Shown here piece after piece: positions 1-9,409 of a DNA stretch of 64,000 bases. The DNA lies in contig CAXMQQ010000005.1 in NCBI GenBank assembly GCA_964195545.1, positions 278 through 64,277 of the forward strand. The letters are read 5' to 3'. A program made the position numbers and the translations under genes. Each line of letters opens with the position of its first letter. Position 1 is the stretch's first letter. This DNA is from an uncultured Acidimicrobiia bacterium (GTDB lineage: Bacteria > Actinomycetota > Acidimicrobiia > Spongiisociales > UBA5794). The notes below the pieces were generated by a model. The model saw only the letters and a program-made list of their open reading frames with translations, was not told where the DNA came from and ran no database searches.

Positions 1-20
1 GCAGCGGGACCACCCGCTGC
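1..20. terminator. GC-rich hairpin GCAGCGGG-ACCA-CCCGCTGC at the window edge, possibly the terminator of a gene outside the window
   Basis: Perfect 8-bp inverted repeat with a 4-nt loop read directly. No U-tract. The upstream gene is not visible. Confidence 0.3.
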
Positions 21-215
21 CGCCTCTCTCTATGAGAAGCGCCTCGTAGCTACTCCGGCGTTCCGCTACCTCTCGCCGACCCAACACTCACACCACCAAC
101 GCCCGCGTGCAGTTCCCTTTTCCAAGATCCTCGATAATCGATTATGCTGCCCGAGTCGCTCTCGTCGAGGCTCAAATCCACCTCGGGAGACGCAGCCACA
201 AGCAAAGGAGAACTC

Positions 216-833
216 ATGTCCCGCCTCGAAGCGCTGCCCCTCGAAGAGGTTCCCGGCATGGAGGAGATCGCAGAACGGTACGAACGGGTCTTCGGCTTCG
301 TTCCCAACGGTGTGCGCATCATGGCTCGGCGGCCAGCGATCGTTGAGGGATTTCTCCACCTGCGCGGCGCCGTCTTCGATCCGGCGACGAGCGAGGTACC
401 GCCCGAGCTGAAGGGCCTGATCGGGCATATCGCCAGCAAGACCGCAGGCTGCCGGTACTGCCAGGCCCACGCGATCTACGGTGCGGACCGCGCCGGAACG
501 GACCGGGCTCGTCTCGACGAACTGTGGGAGTTCGAGACCAGCGATCTCTTCGACGAGTCCGAACGGGTCGCGTTGCGCTTCGCCGTCTCGGCTGCCGCCT
601 CACCAAGCGGGGTCACCGACGAAGACTTCGTGCGACTGAACGAGTACTGGGACGACGGACAGATCGTCGAGATCCTCGCCGTCGTCGCGCTCTACGGATT
701 CCTCAACCGGTGGAACGACTCACTCGCCACCACCCTCGAAGAGCCGTCCCAGACGGTCACCGAAGAGGTCCTCGGTTCGAAGGGCTGGGAAGTCGGCAAG
801 CATCGTCGCAATGAGGCGGCGGACGTTGACTGA
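216..833 (+). CDS. AhpD-like / carboxymuconolactone decarboxylase family peroxidase-related protein
   Basis: CRYCQAH (CxxC-x-H) motif typical of the AhpD-like family. I set the start at ATG 216, preceded by AAGGAGA, instead of the track start at 144. Confidence 0.8.
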   Translation: MSRLEALPLEEVPGMEEIAERYERVFGFVPNGVRIMARRPAIVEGFLHLRGAVFDPATSEVPPELKGLIGHIASKTAGCRYCQAHAIYGADRAGTDRARLDELWEFETSDLFDESERVALRFAVSAAASPSGVTDEDFVRLNEYWDDGQIVEILAVVALYGFLNRWNDSLATTLEEPSQTVTEEVLGSKGWEVGKHRRNEAADVD

Positions 834-1623
834 AGCATCCTCCCCCACCGCGACCGTGGTGGTCGACGGAGCGCCGAACTTCCGCGATGTCGGCGGGTAC
901 GAGACGGCCGATGGTCGCCGCGTCCGCTACGGCAAGCTGTTCCGCTCAGGGATGCTGGTCGGCGTCTCCGACGATGGCGTCGCAACACTTGACGCCCTCG
1001 GAATCCGAACGGTCGTCGATCTGCGAACCCAGGTCGAGGTCGATGCGCTCGGGCCCGATCGCCTGCCGGAAGGCACGCGCGTCGTACAGATCCGGATCCC
1101 CAGCGCCGGGGCCGACCCGATGGTCGTCGAGGCACTCAAGACCGGCCACTTCCCCTACCTCCCCGATCTCGTGTCTGCAAACCGGGCCTACATCACCGAT
1201 GACGCCGTCCAGTTCGGCGACCTCTTCGCGCTGCTCACCGACTCGGCCAACCTCCCCGTCATCATCCATTGCCTCGGGGGGAAGGACCGGACCGGCGTGA
1301 GCATCGCTCTGCTGCTCACGATCCTCGGCGTCCCATGGCCGATCGTGCGACAGGACTACCTCCTCTCAAACGTCTACTTCGCGAACTCGGCCGGTGACCA
1401 ACCAGACTCCCTGAACCGGGTCATGGAGCGAAGCCTCGGTCATGCCCCCGACTTCGGTGACGAGGAGTCAAGGAGGGAATTCTTTGTGCTTCGTCCCGAG
1501 TACATCGACGTCGTGCTCGACGAGACCACGAAGAACGGGCGTACCTTTGACGAGTTCGTCCGGGACGAACTGAGACTCTCGGCCGCAAACGTGGAACGAC
1601 TCCGCGCGGATTTTCTGGAGTGA
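811..1623 (+). CDS. protein tyrosine/serine phosphatase family protein
   Basis: HCLGGKDRTG equals the CX5R(S/T) phosphatase P-loop. NFRDVGG motif near the N-terminus. Confidence 0.85.
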   Translation: MRRRTLTEASSPTATVVVDGAPNFRDVGGYETADGRRVRYGKLFRSGMLVGVSDDGVATLDALGIRTVVDLRTQVEVDALGPDRLPEGTRVVQIRIPSAGADPMVVEALKTGHFPYLPDLVSANRAYITDDAVQFGDLFALLTDSANLPVIIHCLGGKDRTGVSIALLLTILGVPWPIVRQDYLLSNVYFANSAGDQPDSLNRVMERSLGHAPDFGDEESRREFFVLRPEYIDVVLDETTKNGRTFDEFVRDELRLSAANVERLRADFLE

Positions 1624-1686
1624 ACGATGAATCGGACACGAAGACGTGTATGACAAACAGAACAACCGATCGGGGAGATTGACGAG

Positions 1687-3846
1687 ATGACCTACGTCTA
1701 TGCATTCGACCACCAGCACGAGGGCTCGTTCGACGAGACCAAGGCACTCGTCGGCGGCAAAGGGGCGAACCTCGCGGTGATGACGAGCGAGTTGGGTCTT
1801 CCGGTCCCCCCCGGGTTCACGATTTCAACAGAGGCGTGCCGGTTGTACCTCGCCGAGGGCTGGCCGCCCGGCCTCGACACCGAACTGCGCGACCACATCG
1901 GTCGTGTCGAGGCGGCCGTCGGACGGCGATTCGGAGATCCCTCTAATCCGCTGCTCGTCAGCGTCCGCTCCGGAGCATCGGTCTCGATGCCGGGCATGAT
2001 GGACACGATCCTCAACCTCGGTATCAACGACGCCACCGAGCAAGGACTGGTCACGGTCTCAGGGGATCCTGAGTTCGTTGCGGCGTGTCGCGGCCGCTTC
2101 GTCTCGACGTACCGCGAGGTCGTCGGTGTCGCCGAGGTTCCGGTGGACCCCTTCGACCAGCTTCGTGGGGCAGTCGAGGCGGTCTTCCGCTCCTGGAATG
2201 GCGATCGTGCCCGTGCCTACCGCACCCACGAGAGGATTCCCGATGACCTCGGCACCGGGGTCACGGTCCAGGCGATGGTGTTCGGCAACAGCGGTCCGAA
2301 CTCGGCGACGGGAGTCGTGTTCACTCGCAACCCCGCAACCGGCGAACGGGTCCTCTACGGGGACGTCCTCTTCAACGCACAGGGCGAAGACGTCGTGGCA
2401 GGAACTCACGCAACACAACCCATCGCCTACCTCGACGAACGGGAACCGGTGATCGCAGAGGAACTCAAACGTTATGCCGACCACCTCGAACGTCACTACG
2501 TGGACGTGTGCGACATCGAGTTCACGATCGAAGCAGGTCGGCTGTGGATGCTGCAGACGCGGATCGGCAAACGCTGCCCGGAGGCGGCCCTCCGTATCGC
2601 CAAGGAGATGGCCGAGGATCCCGACTTCCCACTCTCGCGTCGCGAAGCCGTGATCCGAGTCGCGGATCATCTCGCGTCGCCTCCCACCGCGGCTACGAAG
2701 CGCTCGGCGGAGGCGGCGCCCATCGTCACGGGTCTCGGTGCTTCCCCAGGGCTCGTCGCCGGAGAGATCGTAACAACACCCAATGCCGCCGTGGAAGCCG
2801 TCGCGAAGGGCAGGTCGGTCATTCTCGTCCGCAGGGAGACCTCCCCCGACGACGTTCATGGCATGGCGGCCGCCGCGGGCATCCTCACGGCGACCGGGGG
2901 CCTCGCCTCCCACGCCGCCGTCGTCGCCCGGGGTTGGGGAATCCCGGCGGTAGTGGGCGCCGCAGCGATGGAGATCGGAGAAGCGACGGTGGCGATCGGC
3001 GACCACGTTCTCGTCGTTGGCGATGCCTTGACCATCGACGGCGGCACGGGCGAAGTCTTCCTCGGTGAGATCGTCGGAGAAGCAGTCGTCGTGCCCGAAG
3101 CCGAGCAGCTTCTCTCCTGGGCGGACGAGTTGGGGATCGAAATCGTCCCGATCGATGAGCAGGAGACAGAACCGACGGACGCCAACGACACCGGGAACAG
3201 TGGAGGTCAAACCATGTGCAGTAGCTCCGCAACCGTCGAGGCGATGGTGCGCCTCCTCGGCATCAAAGGATTCGCGACTTCAGACGCGGCCGCGGCCGCT
3301 CTCCTGACGACGGAGGAGGACGCCACCGGGATCCTCCATCAGATGGCTGCAGACGGCCTGGTCACGACGATGGGTGCCATGTTCAGCCTCACCGACGACG
3401 GAAAGGCGGTCGCGGGAGAGCTCCTCGCCGTAGACCAGGAAGCATGGGGTGCGGACGATGCCCTGGCGGCGCTCGATAGCTTCCTCGCTCTGGACGGCCG
3501 CATCAAACAAATCGTTACGGACTGGCAGATGCGAGAAGTCGACGGCCTCCCAGTGCTCAACGACCATGCCGACTCGGACTACGACGCAGCGGTCCTCACG
3601 GACCTCGAAGCGCTCCACGTCGACGCGGACGCGTGGCTCAATCGACTGCGTGGAGAGCTACCTCGGCTGGGCGCATACGCCGCGAGACTCGGTCGGGCGG
3701 CGGGATTCATAGCCGAGGGCGACTACGCCTACATCGCTTCCCCCCGACTGGACAGCTACCACAACGTCTGGTTCGAACTCCACGAGGATCTCATTCTGCT
3801 CGCCGGTCGCACGCGGGAGGACGAGGTCGCGTCGGGCCGCGCCTGA
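1687..3846 (+). CDS. pyruvate phosphate dikinase-like protein: ATP-grasp plus phosphohistidine swivel domains, no PEP/pyruvate TIM barrel, unrelated C-terminal domain of about 220 aa
   Basis: N-terminus GGKGANLAVMTSELGLPVPPGFTIS and swivel motif GGLASHAAVVARGWGIPAVVG are PPDK hallmarks. After an acidic linker, the C-terminus (from about nt 3190) does not resemble a PEP-utilizer TIM barrel. Confidence 0.85.
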   Translation: MTYVYAFDHQHEGSFDETKALVGGKGANLAVMTSELGLPVPPGFTISTEACRLYLAEGWPPGLDTELRDHIGRVEAAVGRRFGDPSNPLLVSVRSGASVSMPGMMDTILNLGINDATEQGLVTVSGDPEFVAACRGRFVSTYREVVGVAEVPVDPFDQLRGAVEAVFRSWNGDRARAYRTHERIPDDLGTGVTVQAMVFGNSGPNSATGVVFTRNPATGERVLYGDVLFNAQGEDVVAGTHATQPIAYLDEREPVIAEELKRYADHLERHYVDVCDIEFTIEAGRLWMLQTRIGKRCPEAALRIAKEMAEDPDFPLSRREAVIRVADHLASPPTAATKRSAEAAPIVTGLGASPGLVAGEIVTTPNAAVEAVAKGRSVILVRRETSPDDVHGMAAAAGILTATGGLASHAAVVARGWGIPAVVGAAAMEIGEATVAIGDHVLVVGDALTIDGGTGEVFLGEIVGEAVVVPEAEQLLSWADELGIEIVPIDEQETEPTDANDTGNSGGQTMCSSSATVEAMVRLLGIKGFATSDAAAAALLTTEEDATGILHQMAADGLVTTMGAMFSLTDDGKAVAGELLAVDQEAWGADDALAALDSFLALDGRIKQIVTDWQMREVDGLPVLNDHADSDYDAAVLTDLEALHVDADAWLNRLRGELPRLGAYAARLGRAAGFIAEGDYAYIASPRLDSYHNVWFELHEDLILLAGRTREDEVASGRA

Positions 3847-3887
3847 GTTCCGGAGAGCGTTCACGCTGATAGCGATAGCCTGATCAC

Positions 3888-5171
3888 ATGGCCACAGCGG
3901 TACTCCTCGGAACACTCGACACGAAGGGAGGCGAGTATGCCTTCCTCCGAGATCGCGTAATCGAAGCCGGCTGCGATGTCGTGATGATCAACGCCGGCGT
4001 GCTCGGTGACCCCGAGTACCCGGTTGCCTTCGGTCGGACCGACGTCGCTCATGAGGCAGGGGCCGACATCGAGACCCTCGTGGCAGCCGGAGACCGCGGC
4101 GCCGCCGTCACGGCTATGGCCGAAGGGGCGACCGCTCTTGTCCTTCGCCTGTGTGAGGAAGGCCGGATCCACGGCGTCCTCGGTATCGGCGGTTCCGGCG
4201 GTTCCTCGATCATCAGCCAGGCCATGCGGAAACTCCCGATCGGCTTCCCCAAACTCCTCGTGTCAACGATGGGTGCGGGCGACGTAAGGGCCTTCGTCGG
4301 CACGTCGGACATCGCCATGATGTACTCGGTGGTCGACATCGCCGGTATCAACGCGGTCTCGTCGAGCATCCTCAGCAACGCCGCCGCGGGCCTGGCAGGC
4401 ATGGCCAAAGCCTTCGAGGTCCGTGATCCGTCCGTCGACGGCCGTCCGCTCATCGGTGCGACGATGTATGGAACCACCACGCCGTGCGTCAATGCCGCCC
4501 GTGCCGTGCTGCAGGAGTTGGGATACGAAGTCCTGGTCTTCCACGCGACCGGGACCGGCGGTCGTTCGATGGAAGCCCTCATGAAGAGCGGTTACATCAC
4601 TGCGGCACTCGACATTACGACCACCGAACTCGCCGACGACATCGCTGGCGGAACGCTCACGGCCGGTCCTGATCGTCTGGAGGCGGCCGGCGATCTCGGT
4701 CTTCCGCAGGTGGTCTCGATCGGCGCAACCGACCAGATCACGTTCACTCCCCCGAGTGCCGTGCCCACCGAATACTGGGACCGCAACTGCTACGCCCACA
4801 ACCCCAGCATCACGCTCGTGCGCACCAACGCAGAGGAGAGCGTCGAATTGGGTCGTATGCTCGCCGAGAAGCTCAACCGGGCCACCGGACCGGTCTCGCT
4901 CTTCGTTCCACTCCGCGGCGCCTCGTCCTATGCAGTCGCCGGTGCCGTCTTCCACGACCCGATCGCCGATGAAGCCCTGGTCTCGAGCCTCCGCACGCAT
5001 CTCGACTCGACGGTGGAGTTGATCGAGATGGACACCGACATCAACGATCCCATCTTCGCGGAAGCCATGGCGCGTCGCCTCGATCAGCACTACCGGACAT
5101 GGTCGAAGGCTCGCTCCAACTCGGCCGACGTCGGGCAGTCCACGTCACCAGCGTCTCCACCGACTGGGTAG
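3888..5171 (+). CDS. UPF0261 / Tm-1-like ATP-binding domain protein
   Basis: N-terminus AVLLGTLDTKGGEYAFLRDRV and overall length match the UPF0261 family as I recall it. Confidence 0.75.
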   Translation: MATAVLLGTLDTKGGEYAFLRDRVIEAGCDVVMINAGVLGDPEYPVAFGRTDVAHEAGADIETLVAAGDRGAAVTAMAEGATALVLRLCEEGRIHGVLGIGGSGGSSIISQAMRKLPIGFPKLLVSTMGAGDVRAFVGTSDIAMMYSVVDIAGINAVSSSILSNAAAGLAGMAKAFEVRDPSVDGRPLIGATMYGTTTPCVNAARAVLQELGYEVLVFHATGTGGRSMEALMKSGYITAALDITTTELADDIAGGTLTAGPDRLEAAGDLGLPQVVSIGATDQITFTPPSAVPTEYWDRNCYAHNPSITLVRTNAEESVELGRMLAEKLNRATGPVSLFVPLRGASSYAVAGAVFHDPIADEALVSSLRTHLDSTVELIEMDTDINDPIFAEAMARRLDQHYRTWSKARSNSADVGQSTSPASPPTG

Positions 5172-5181
5172 CCGCCGGACG

Positions 5182-6696
5182 TTAGGTCCGCGAAATGGTT
5201 CCTTCCCACGTGTCGACCCGCTCGCCCTTCATGGCTTCCTCGTCGAACCAGAAACTCGTGACAGCCTTCGTCTCGGTGTAGAACATGACTCCATCGCGTC
5301 CCATGACGTGGAGGTCACCGAAGAAGCTGTTCTTGTGCCCGCTGAACGGGAACACCGAGATGGGAACCGGGATGCCAACGTTGACGCCGACCATGCCGGC
5401 GTCGATGCGGCGAGCGAACTCACGTGCGTAGTAGCCGCTCTGGGTGAAGATCGAAGCACCGTTGGCAAACTCGCTGGAGTTGATGAGTTCGACGCCCTCA
5501 TTGAAGTCGGCGACCCTCTTCACATACAAGACGGGGCCGAACACCTCTTCATTGCCGCACGACATCTCCGGCTTGACGTGGTCGAACACGGTCGGGCCCA
5601 TGAAGAAGCCGCCTTCATGGCCTTCGACCTCGACTGTCCGCCCGTCGAGCACGGCCACGGCACCCTCGTCGATCGACTTGTCGAGCCAACCGTTGACAAA
5701 CGCGAAGTGCTCGGCATTGACGAGTGGGCCCATCTCGGTCGACTCATCGTACGCGGGGCCGATCTTGAGGTCCTTCGCGAGTTCAGTGATCGTTGCGACG
5801 AGTTCATCTGCGATCGATTCCTCGACGGCGATGGCGGGGAGCGACATGCAGCGCTCGCCGGCGCATCCGAACGCCGAGTTGATGATCCGCTGTGCGGTTG
5901 CTCGAATCGGAGCGTCGGCGAGCACGAGCGCATGGTTCTTTGCCTCGGTGAGTGCCTGCACCCGCTTGCCGTTCGCCGAAGCAGTGGAGTAGATGTGCTT
6001 ACCAACGGCCGTGGATCCGACGAAGCTCACGCCTTTGACCTTCGGATGCACGAGCAGTCGTTCGGCCTCGTGTCGGGAGCAGGTCACCAGATTGAAGACA
6101 CCGGGCGGCAACCCGGCCTCTTCCAGCAGTTCGGCCATCCGCATCGCCGTTTGCGGCACATACGAGGCAGCCTTGAGAACGAAGGTGTTGCCGGTCGTGA
6201 CGGCAAGCGGCATCATCCATCCCATCGGGATCATTGCCGGGAAGTTCCAGGGCACGATCCCGGCGAAGACGCCCAGCGGCTCACGGAACGTTACCGTGTC
6301 GAAGCCGGTGGCAACATTCATGAGGGAGTCACCCATCATCGTGACCGGCGCCGCACACGCGAGTTCGACAACCTCGATCGCCTTCAGCACATCGCCTCGA
6401 GCCTCGGTGTAGCTCTTCCCCATCTCGGTTGCGAGCAGCATTGACAGGTCGTGCAGATTGTCTTCGAGCAGGCCCTTGAGACGGAACATCACCTGAACGC
6501 GCTTGGTGATCGGAGTGTCGCGCCACCCGGGGAACGCTGCGGCTGCAGCCTCGACCGCTGCATCGACTTCCTCCGCCGTGCAGCGGGGGGCTTCGGCCAT
6601 CACTTCGCCGGTGCTGCTGTTGGTGATCTCGTAGTAGACACCGCTCTCGGTGTCCTTCCACTCACCTGCTACCAGATACTTCAGACGTTTCGGCAT
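5182..6696 (-). CDS. mmsA: CoA-acylating methylmalonate-semialdehyde dehydrogenase
   Basis: 504 aa aldehyde dehydrogenase. Contains FPGWRDTPITKRVQVMFR and GERCMSLPAIAV (catalytic Cys region) typical of MmsA. Confidence 0.9.
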   Translation of the reverse strand: MPKRLKYLVAGEWKDTESGVYYEITNSSTGEVMAEAPRCTAEEVDAAVEAAAAAFPGWRDTPITKRVQVMFRLKGLLEDNLHDLSMLLATEMGKSYTEARGDVLKAIEVVELACAAPVTMMGDSLMNVATGFDTVTFREPLGVFAGIVPWNFPAMIPMGWMMPLAVTTGNTFVLKAASYVPQTAMRMAELLEEAGLPPGVFNLVTCSRHEAERLLVHPKVKGVSFVGSTAVGKHIYSTASANGKRVQALTEAKNHALVLADAPIRATAQRIINSAFGCAGERCMSLPAIAVEESIADELVATITELAKDLKIGPAYDESTEMGPLVNAEHFAFVNGWLDKSIDEGAVAVLDGRTVEVEGHEGGFFMGPTVFDHVKPEMSCGNEEVFGPVLYVKRVADFNEGVELINSSEFANGASIFTQSGYYAREFARRIDAGMVGVNVGIPVPISVFPFSGHKNSFFGDLHVMGRDGVMFYTETKAVTSFWFDEEAMKGERVDTWEGTISRT

Positions 6697-6884
6697 GAAC
6701 CCACTCCTCCTCGACGGCAGACTCGGATGGTCTCAGTAGAATAATCGACTATCGACAATATCTTGATTTGGTCGTCGCGTCGAGTGCCCCCTCTTCGCTC
6801 CGTGCACAGGTGCGTCCGATCCCGCGACTGAGCGCCGCCGGCGTTGTGTGATCATAGAAACATGACGAGGACCATTGGCATCAC

Positions 6885-8093
6885 ATGACTGAGACCACTT
6901 CGACCGCAGACCTCGATCAGGGTGAGAGCGGTGAGTTCCAGACCGGACGAGTCGTCTCCCTTGCCGGCGGCCATGCCGTACACGACACCTTCACCGCGTT
7001 TCTCGCCCCGCTCCTGCCGACGTTCGTCCAGAAGTTCTCTCTGACCAACACAGCCGCCGGTCTTCTCGCTGCATTCCTCCATGCCCCCTCGCTCCTCCAA
7101 CCGGTGATCGGGCACCTTGCCGATCGGACCACGCTTCGATGGATCGTCGTGCTCGGCCCCGGAGTCACGGCAACGGCGATGAGCTTCCTCGGTTGGGCGC
7201 CCACCTATGCGGCGCTCGCCCTTCTCCTCCTTGCAGCCGGATTGAGCGTGGCAGCCTTCCATGCCACGGCGCCGGTCGCCGTCGGATACCTGTCCGGGAA
7301 TCGACTCGGGCGCGGCATGGGCTTCTGGATGGTCGCGGGCGAATTGGGCCGCACACTTGGGCCGCTCGTCATCGTCAGCGCACTCGCCGTGATGTCCCTG
7401 CGGCAGATCGCCTTCCTGTCTATCGCCGGCATCGCGACATCCGTGATCTTCTACTTCCGCCTCAGAGACGTACCGCTCCAGACTCACGACCACGGCGACC
7501 AGGTGCCCTGGAGGACCGCCCTTCGGGGAATGCGGAGCTTCATGCTGGTGCTCGGCGGACTCACTGCCATGCGGAGCATGATGATGTTGTCAACCACCGT
7601 GTTCCTGCCGCTGTATCTCACGGAGAGCGGATCGAGTATCTGGTTGGCCGGAGCTGCTCTGTCGATTGTCGAAGCCGCGGGAATTGCCGGGGCATTCGCT
7701 GGAGGCTGGATCAGCGACCAGGTCGGCCGACGGGCGGTGCTCATCTTCGGTCAGGTCACGGCCCCCGCCGCCCTCTGCCTCTTTCTTGTCGCGGATGGCT
7801 GGCTGCGAATCGCTGCGCTGCCTTTGATCGGCTTCTCACTGCTCGCCGTTCCGCCGGTCATCATGGCCCTGGTTCAAGAGCAGGCGCCGAGGAGCCGGGC
7901 GCTTGCAAACGGCTTCTACCTCTCGATGTCGATGGGGATCCGTTCGATCGCTGCCATCGGTTACGGCGCCTTCGCGGACCATTTCGGCCTGGAGACAGCG
8001 ATGGTCATGGGAGCCATCTCCATGTTCGGCGGCCTCCCCCTCATCTGGCTCCTCCTACGCCCCCTCGGTGCTCTGCGAACCCTGGGCTCGTAG
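6885..8093 (+). CDS. MFS transporter
   Basis: 402 aa with about 12 hydrophobic segments and an MFS-like loop motif (GHLADRTTLR). Confidence 0.85.
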   Translation: MTETTSTADLDQGESGEFQTGRVVSLAGGHAVHDTFTAFLAPLLPTFVQKFSLTNTAAGLLAAFLHAPSLLQPVIGHLADRTTLRWIVVLGPGVTATAMSFLGWAPTYAALALLLLAAGLSVAAFHATAPVAVGYLSGNRLGRGMGFWMVAGELGRTLGPLVIVSALAVMSLRQIAFLSIAGIATSVIFYFRLRDVPLQTHDHGDQVPWRTALRGMRSFMLVLGGLTAMRSMMMLSTTVFLPLYLTESGSSIWLAGAALSIVEAAGIAGAFAGGWISDQVGRRAVLIFGQVTAPAALCLFLVADGWLRIAALPLIGFSLLAVPPVIMALVQEQAPRSRALANGFYLSMSMGIRSIAAIGYGAFADHFGLETAMVMGAISMFGGLPLIWLLLRPLGALRTLGS

Positions 8094-8197
8094 ATGCGTA
8101 TAGGTGTCTTGGGGGCCCACAGTTCCAGAGGTGCCCCCCATTCCGTGGGCCGGGAGAGCACTCAATCGCACCTGCGAACCCAGGGTTCGCAGAGCAC
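8068..8197. repeat. 130-bp element bounded by perfect 19-bp inverted repeats (GTGCTCTGCGAACCCTGGG / CCCAGGGTTCGCAGAGCAC). The right end also folds as hairpin 8172..8192.
   Basis: Read directly. The left arm (8068..8086) encodes the last codons of the MFS gene. The right arm is at 8179..8197. An inner GGGGGC...GCCCCC pairing is present. Confidence 0.6.
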
Positions 8198-8231
8198 GCG
8201 CGGGTGGGGCGGTAGGCAACGGGCCCGGTGA

Positions 8232-8432
8232 TCAGAGGGCCTCGAACCCTTCGGCTCGTGCCGCGTCGGCCTGACGTTGTTCCCTCGTGACGAAACCCGT
8301 CGCGACGCCGTCGGCACGGGGGCCCATAACGGTCGCGAAGTGAATCTCATCAACTGAACCGAGTGTGGGGTCAGCAAGGATGCGGCGTGCATCCACGTCT
8401 AGCGCGACGACATCGAGGAACAACTCGGCCAT
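8232..8432 (-). CDS. hypothetical small protein (66 aa)
   Basis: ORF with reasonable composition and GC3, but no recognised motif and a weak RBS. Confidence 0.25.
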   Translation of the reverse strand: MAELFLDVVALDVDARRILADPTLGSVDEIHFATVMGPRADGVATGFVTREQRQADAARAEGFEAL

Positions 8433-8538
8433 TCATTCCCAATGGGAGATCACATTCGCGTGACCAACGGCACACCCTCGATACTCGGTGTGCGGCGTTG
8501 CCCGAGTATTTCGGGCCCATCAGTAGGTTGCACTCGAC

Positions 8539-9378
8539 ATGGAACCCACCGAAACGACCGTGCCCGTCTGCTATCGCCACCCGGACCGCATCACCGGCCT
8601 GTCGTGCAGTCGCTGTGGGAAACCGATCTGTGTCGAGTGCAGCCACGACAGCTCGGTGGGCCAACTCTGCCCGGAGTGTGCAGCCCCGACCGGGCGGCAC
8701 CAGGTGATCCAGGGTCGGCAGATCTACGGAAAGCCATCCTTCCAAACGGCGCCGGTCACGTTCTCGATCATGGCCGTCACGGTCGCTGTCTACGTCCTCG
8801 GGATGCTCTCGCCCGGCCTCGACGAGCTCCTGTTCCAGAATCTCGCACAGGCGAACTGGCTCGTAGCCGCCGGTGATTGGTGGCGCATCTTCACCGCCGC
8901 CCTCCTCCACGGATCGCTGATGCACATCGGATTCAACATGTATGCGCTGTATCTCTTCGGGCCGCGTATGGAGCAACAGGTCGGATCCCCATCGTTCGCT
9001 GCGCTATACGTCGCCGCTGCAGGTGCCGGCGGTCTGACCTCGTACATGCTCGGTTCGATCGAGCAGGTCAGCATTGGGGCATCCGGTGCGGTATTCGGCT
9101 TGTTCGGCGCTTGGATCTTCGTCGCATGGAAGATGCGCCACACTCCGGGCGGCCGATCGATGTTCACTCAGTTGTTCGTGTTGCTCGCGATCAACGTCGT
9201 CATCAGTTTCACTCCGGGGATCGATGGTTTCGCCCATCTCGGAGGGTTCGTCGCCGGCATCGTCATCGCCGCCCTTTGGTCGGTCCTTGCCGTCGGCAAG
9301 CCGAACGCGGTAGGGATCAGAACGTCAATAGCAATGGCCCTGATCGCCCTAGAACTGCTCACGGTCCTGCTGGTGTAG
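8539..9378 (+). CDS. rhomboid family intramembrane serine protease with N-terminal zinc ribbon
   Basis: CYRHP...CSRCGKPICVEC zinc ribbon. Rhomboid motifs HIGFNM, GASGAVFG (catalytic Ser) and AHLGG (catalytic His). Confidence 0.9.
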   Translation: MEPTETTVPVCYRHPDRITGLSCSRCGKPICVECSHDSSVGQLCPECAAPTGRHQVIQGRQIYGKPSFQTAPVTFSIMAVTVAVYVLGMLSPGLDELLFQNLAQANWLVAAGDWWRIFTAALLHGSLMHIGFNMYALYLFGPRMEQQVGSPSFAALYVAAAGAGGLTSYMLGSIEQVSIGASGAVFGLFGAWIFVAWKMRHTPGGRSMFTQLFVLLAINVVISFTPGIDGFAHLGGFVAGIVIAALWSVLAVGKPNAVGIRTSIAMALIALELLTVLLV

Positions 9379-9409
9379 AGAGCCGATAGCTGACTGCTGT
9401 TCGCTGGGC

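Noticed and set aside
134-145. Perfect 12-bp palindrome ATAATCGATTAT upstream of the AhpD-like gene. A related AATAATCGA sequence lies upstream of mmsA and the MFS gene at about 6744..6752.
   Set aside because: It may be an operator or merely a -10-like AT-rich patch. With only two loosely similar sites and no adjacent regulator, I could not support a call.
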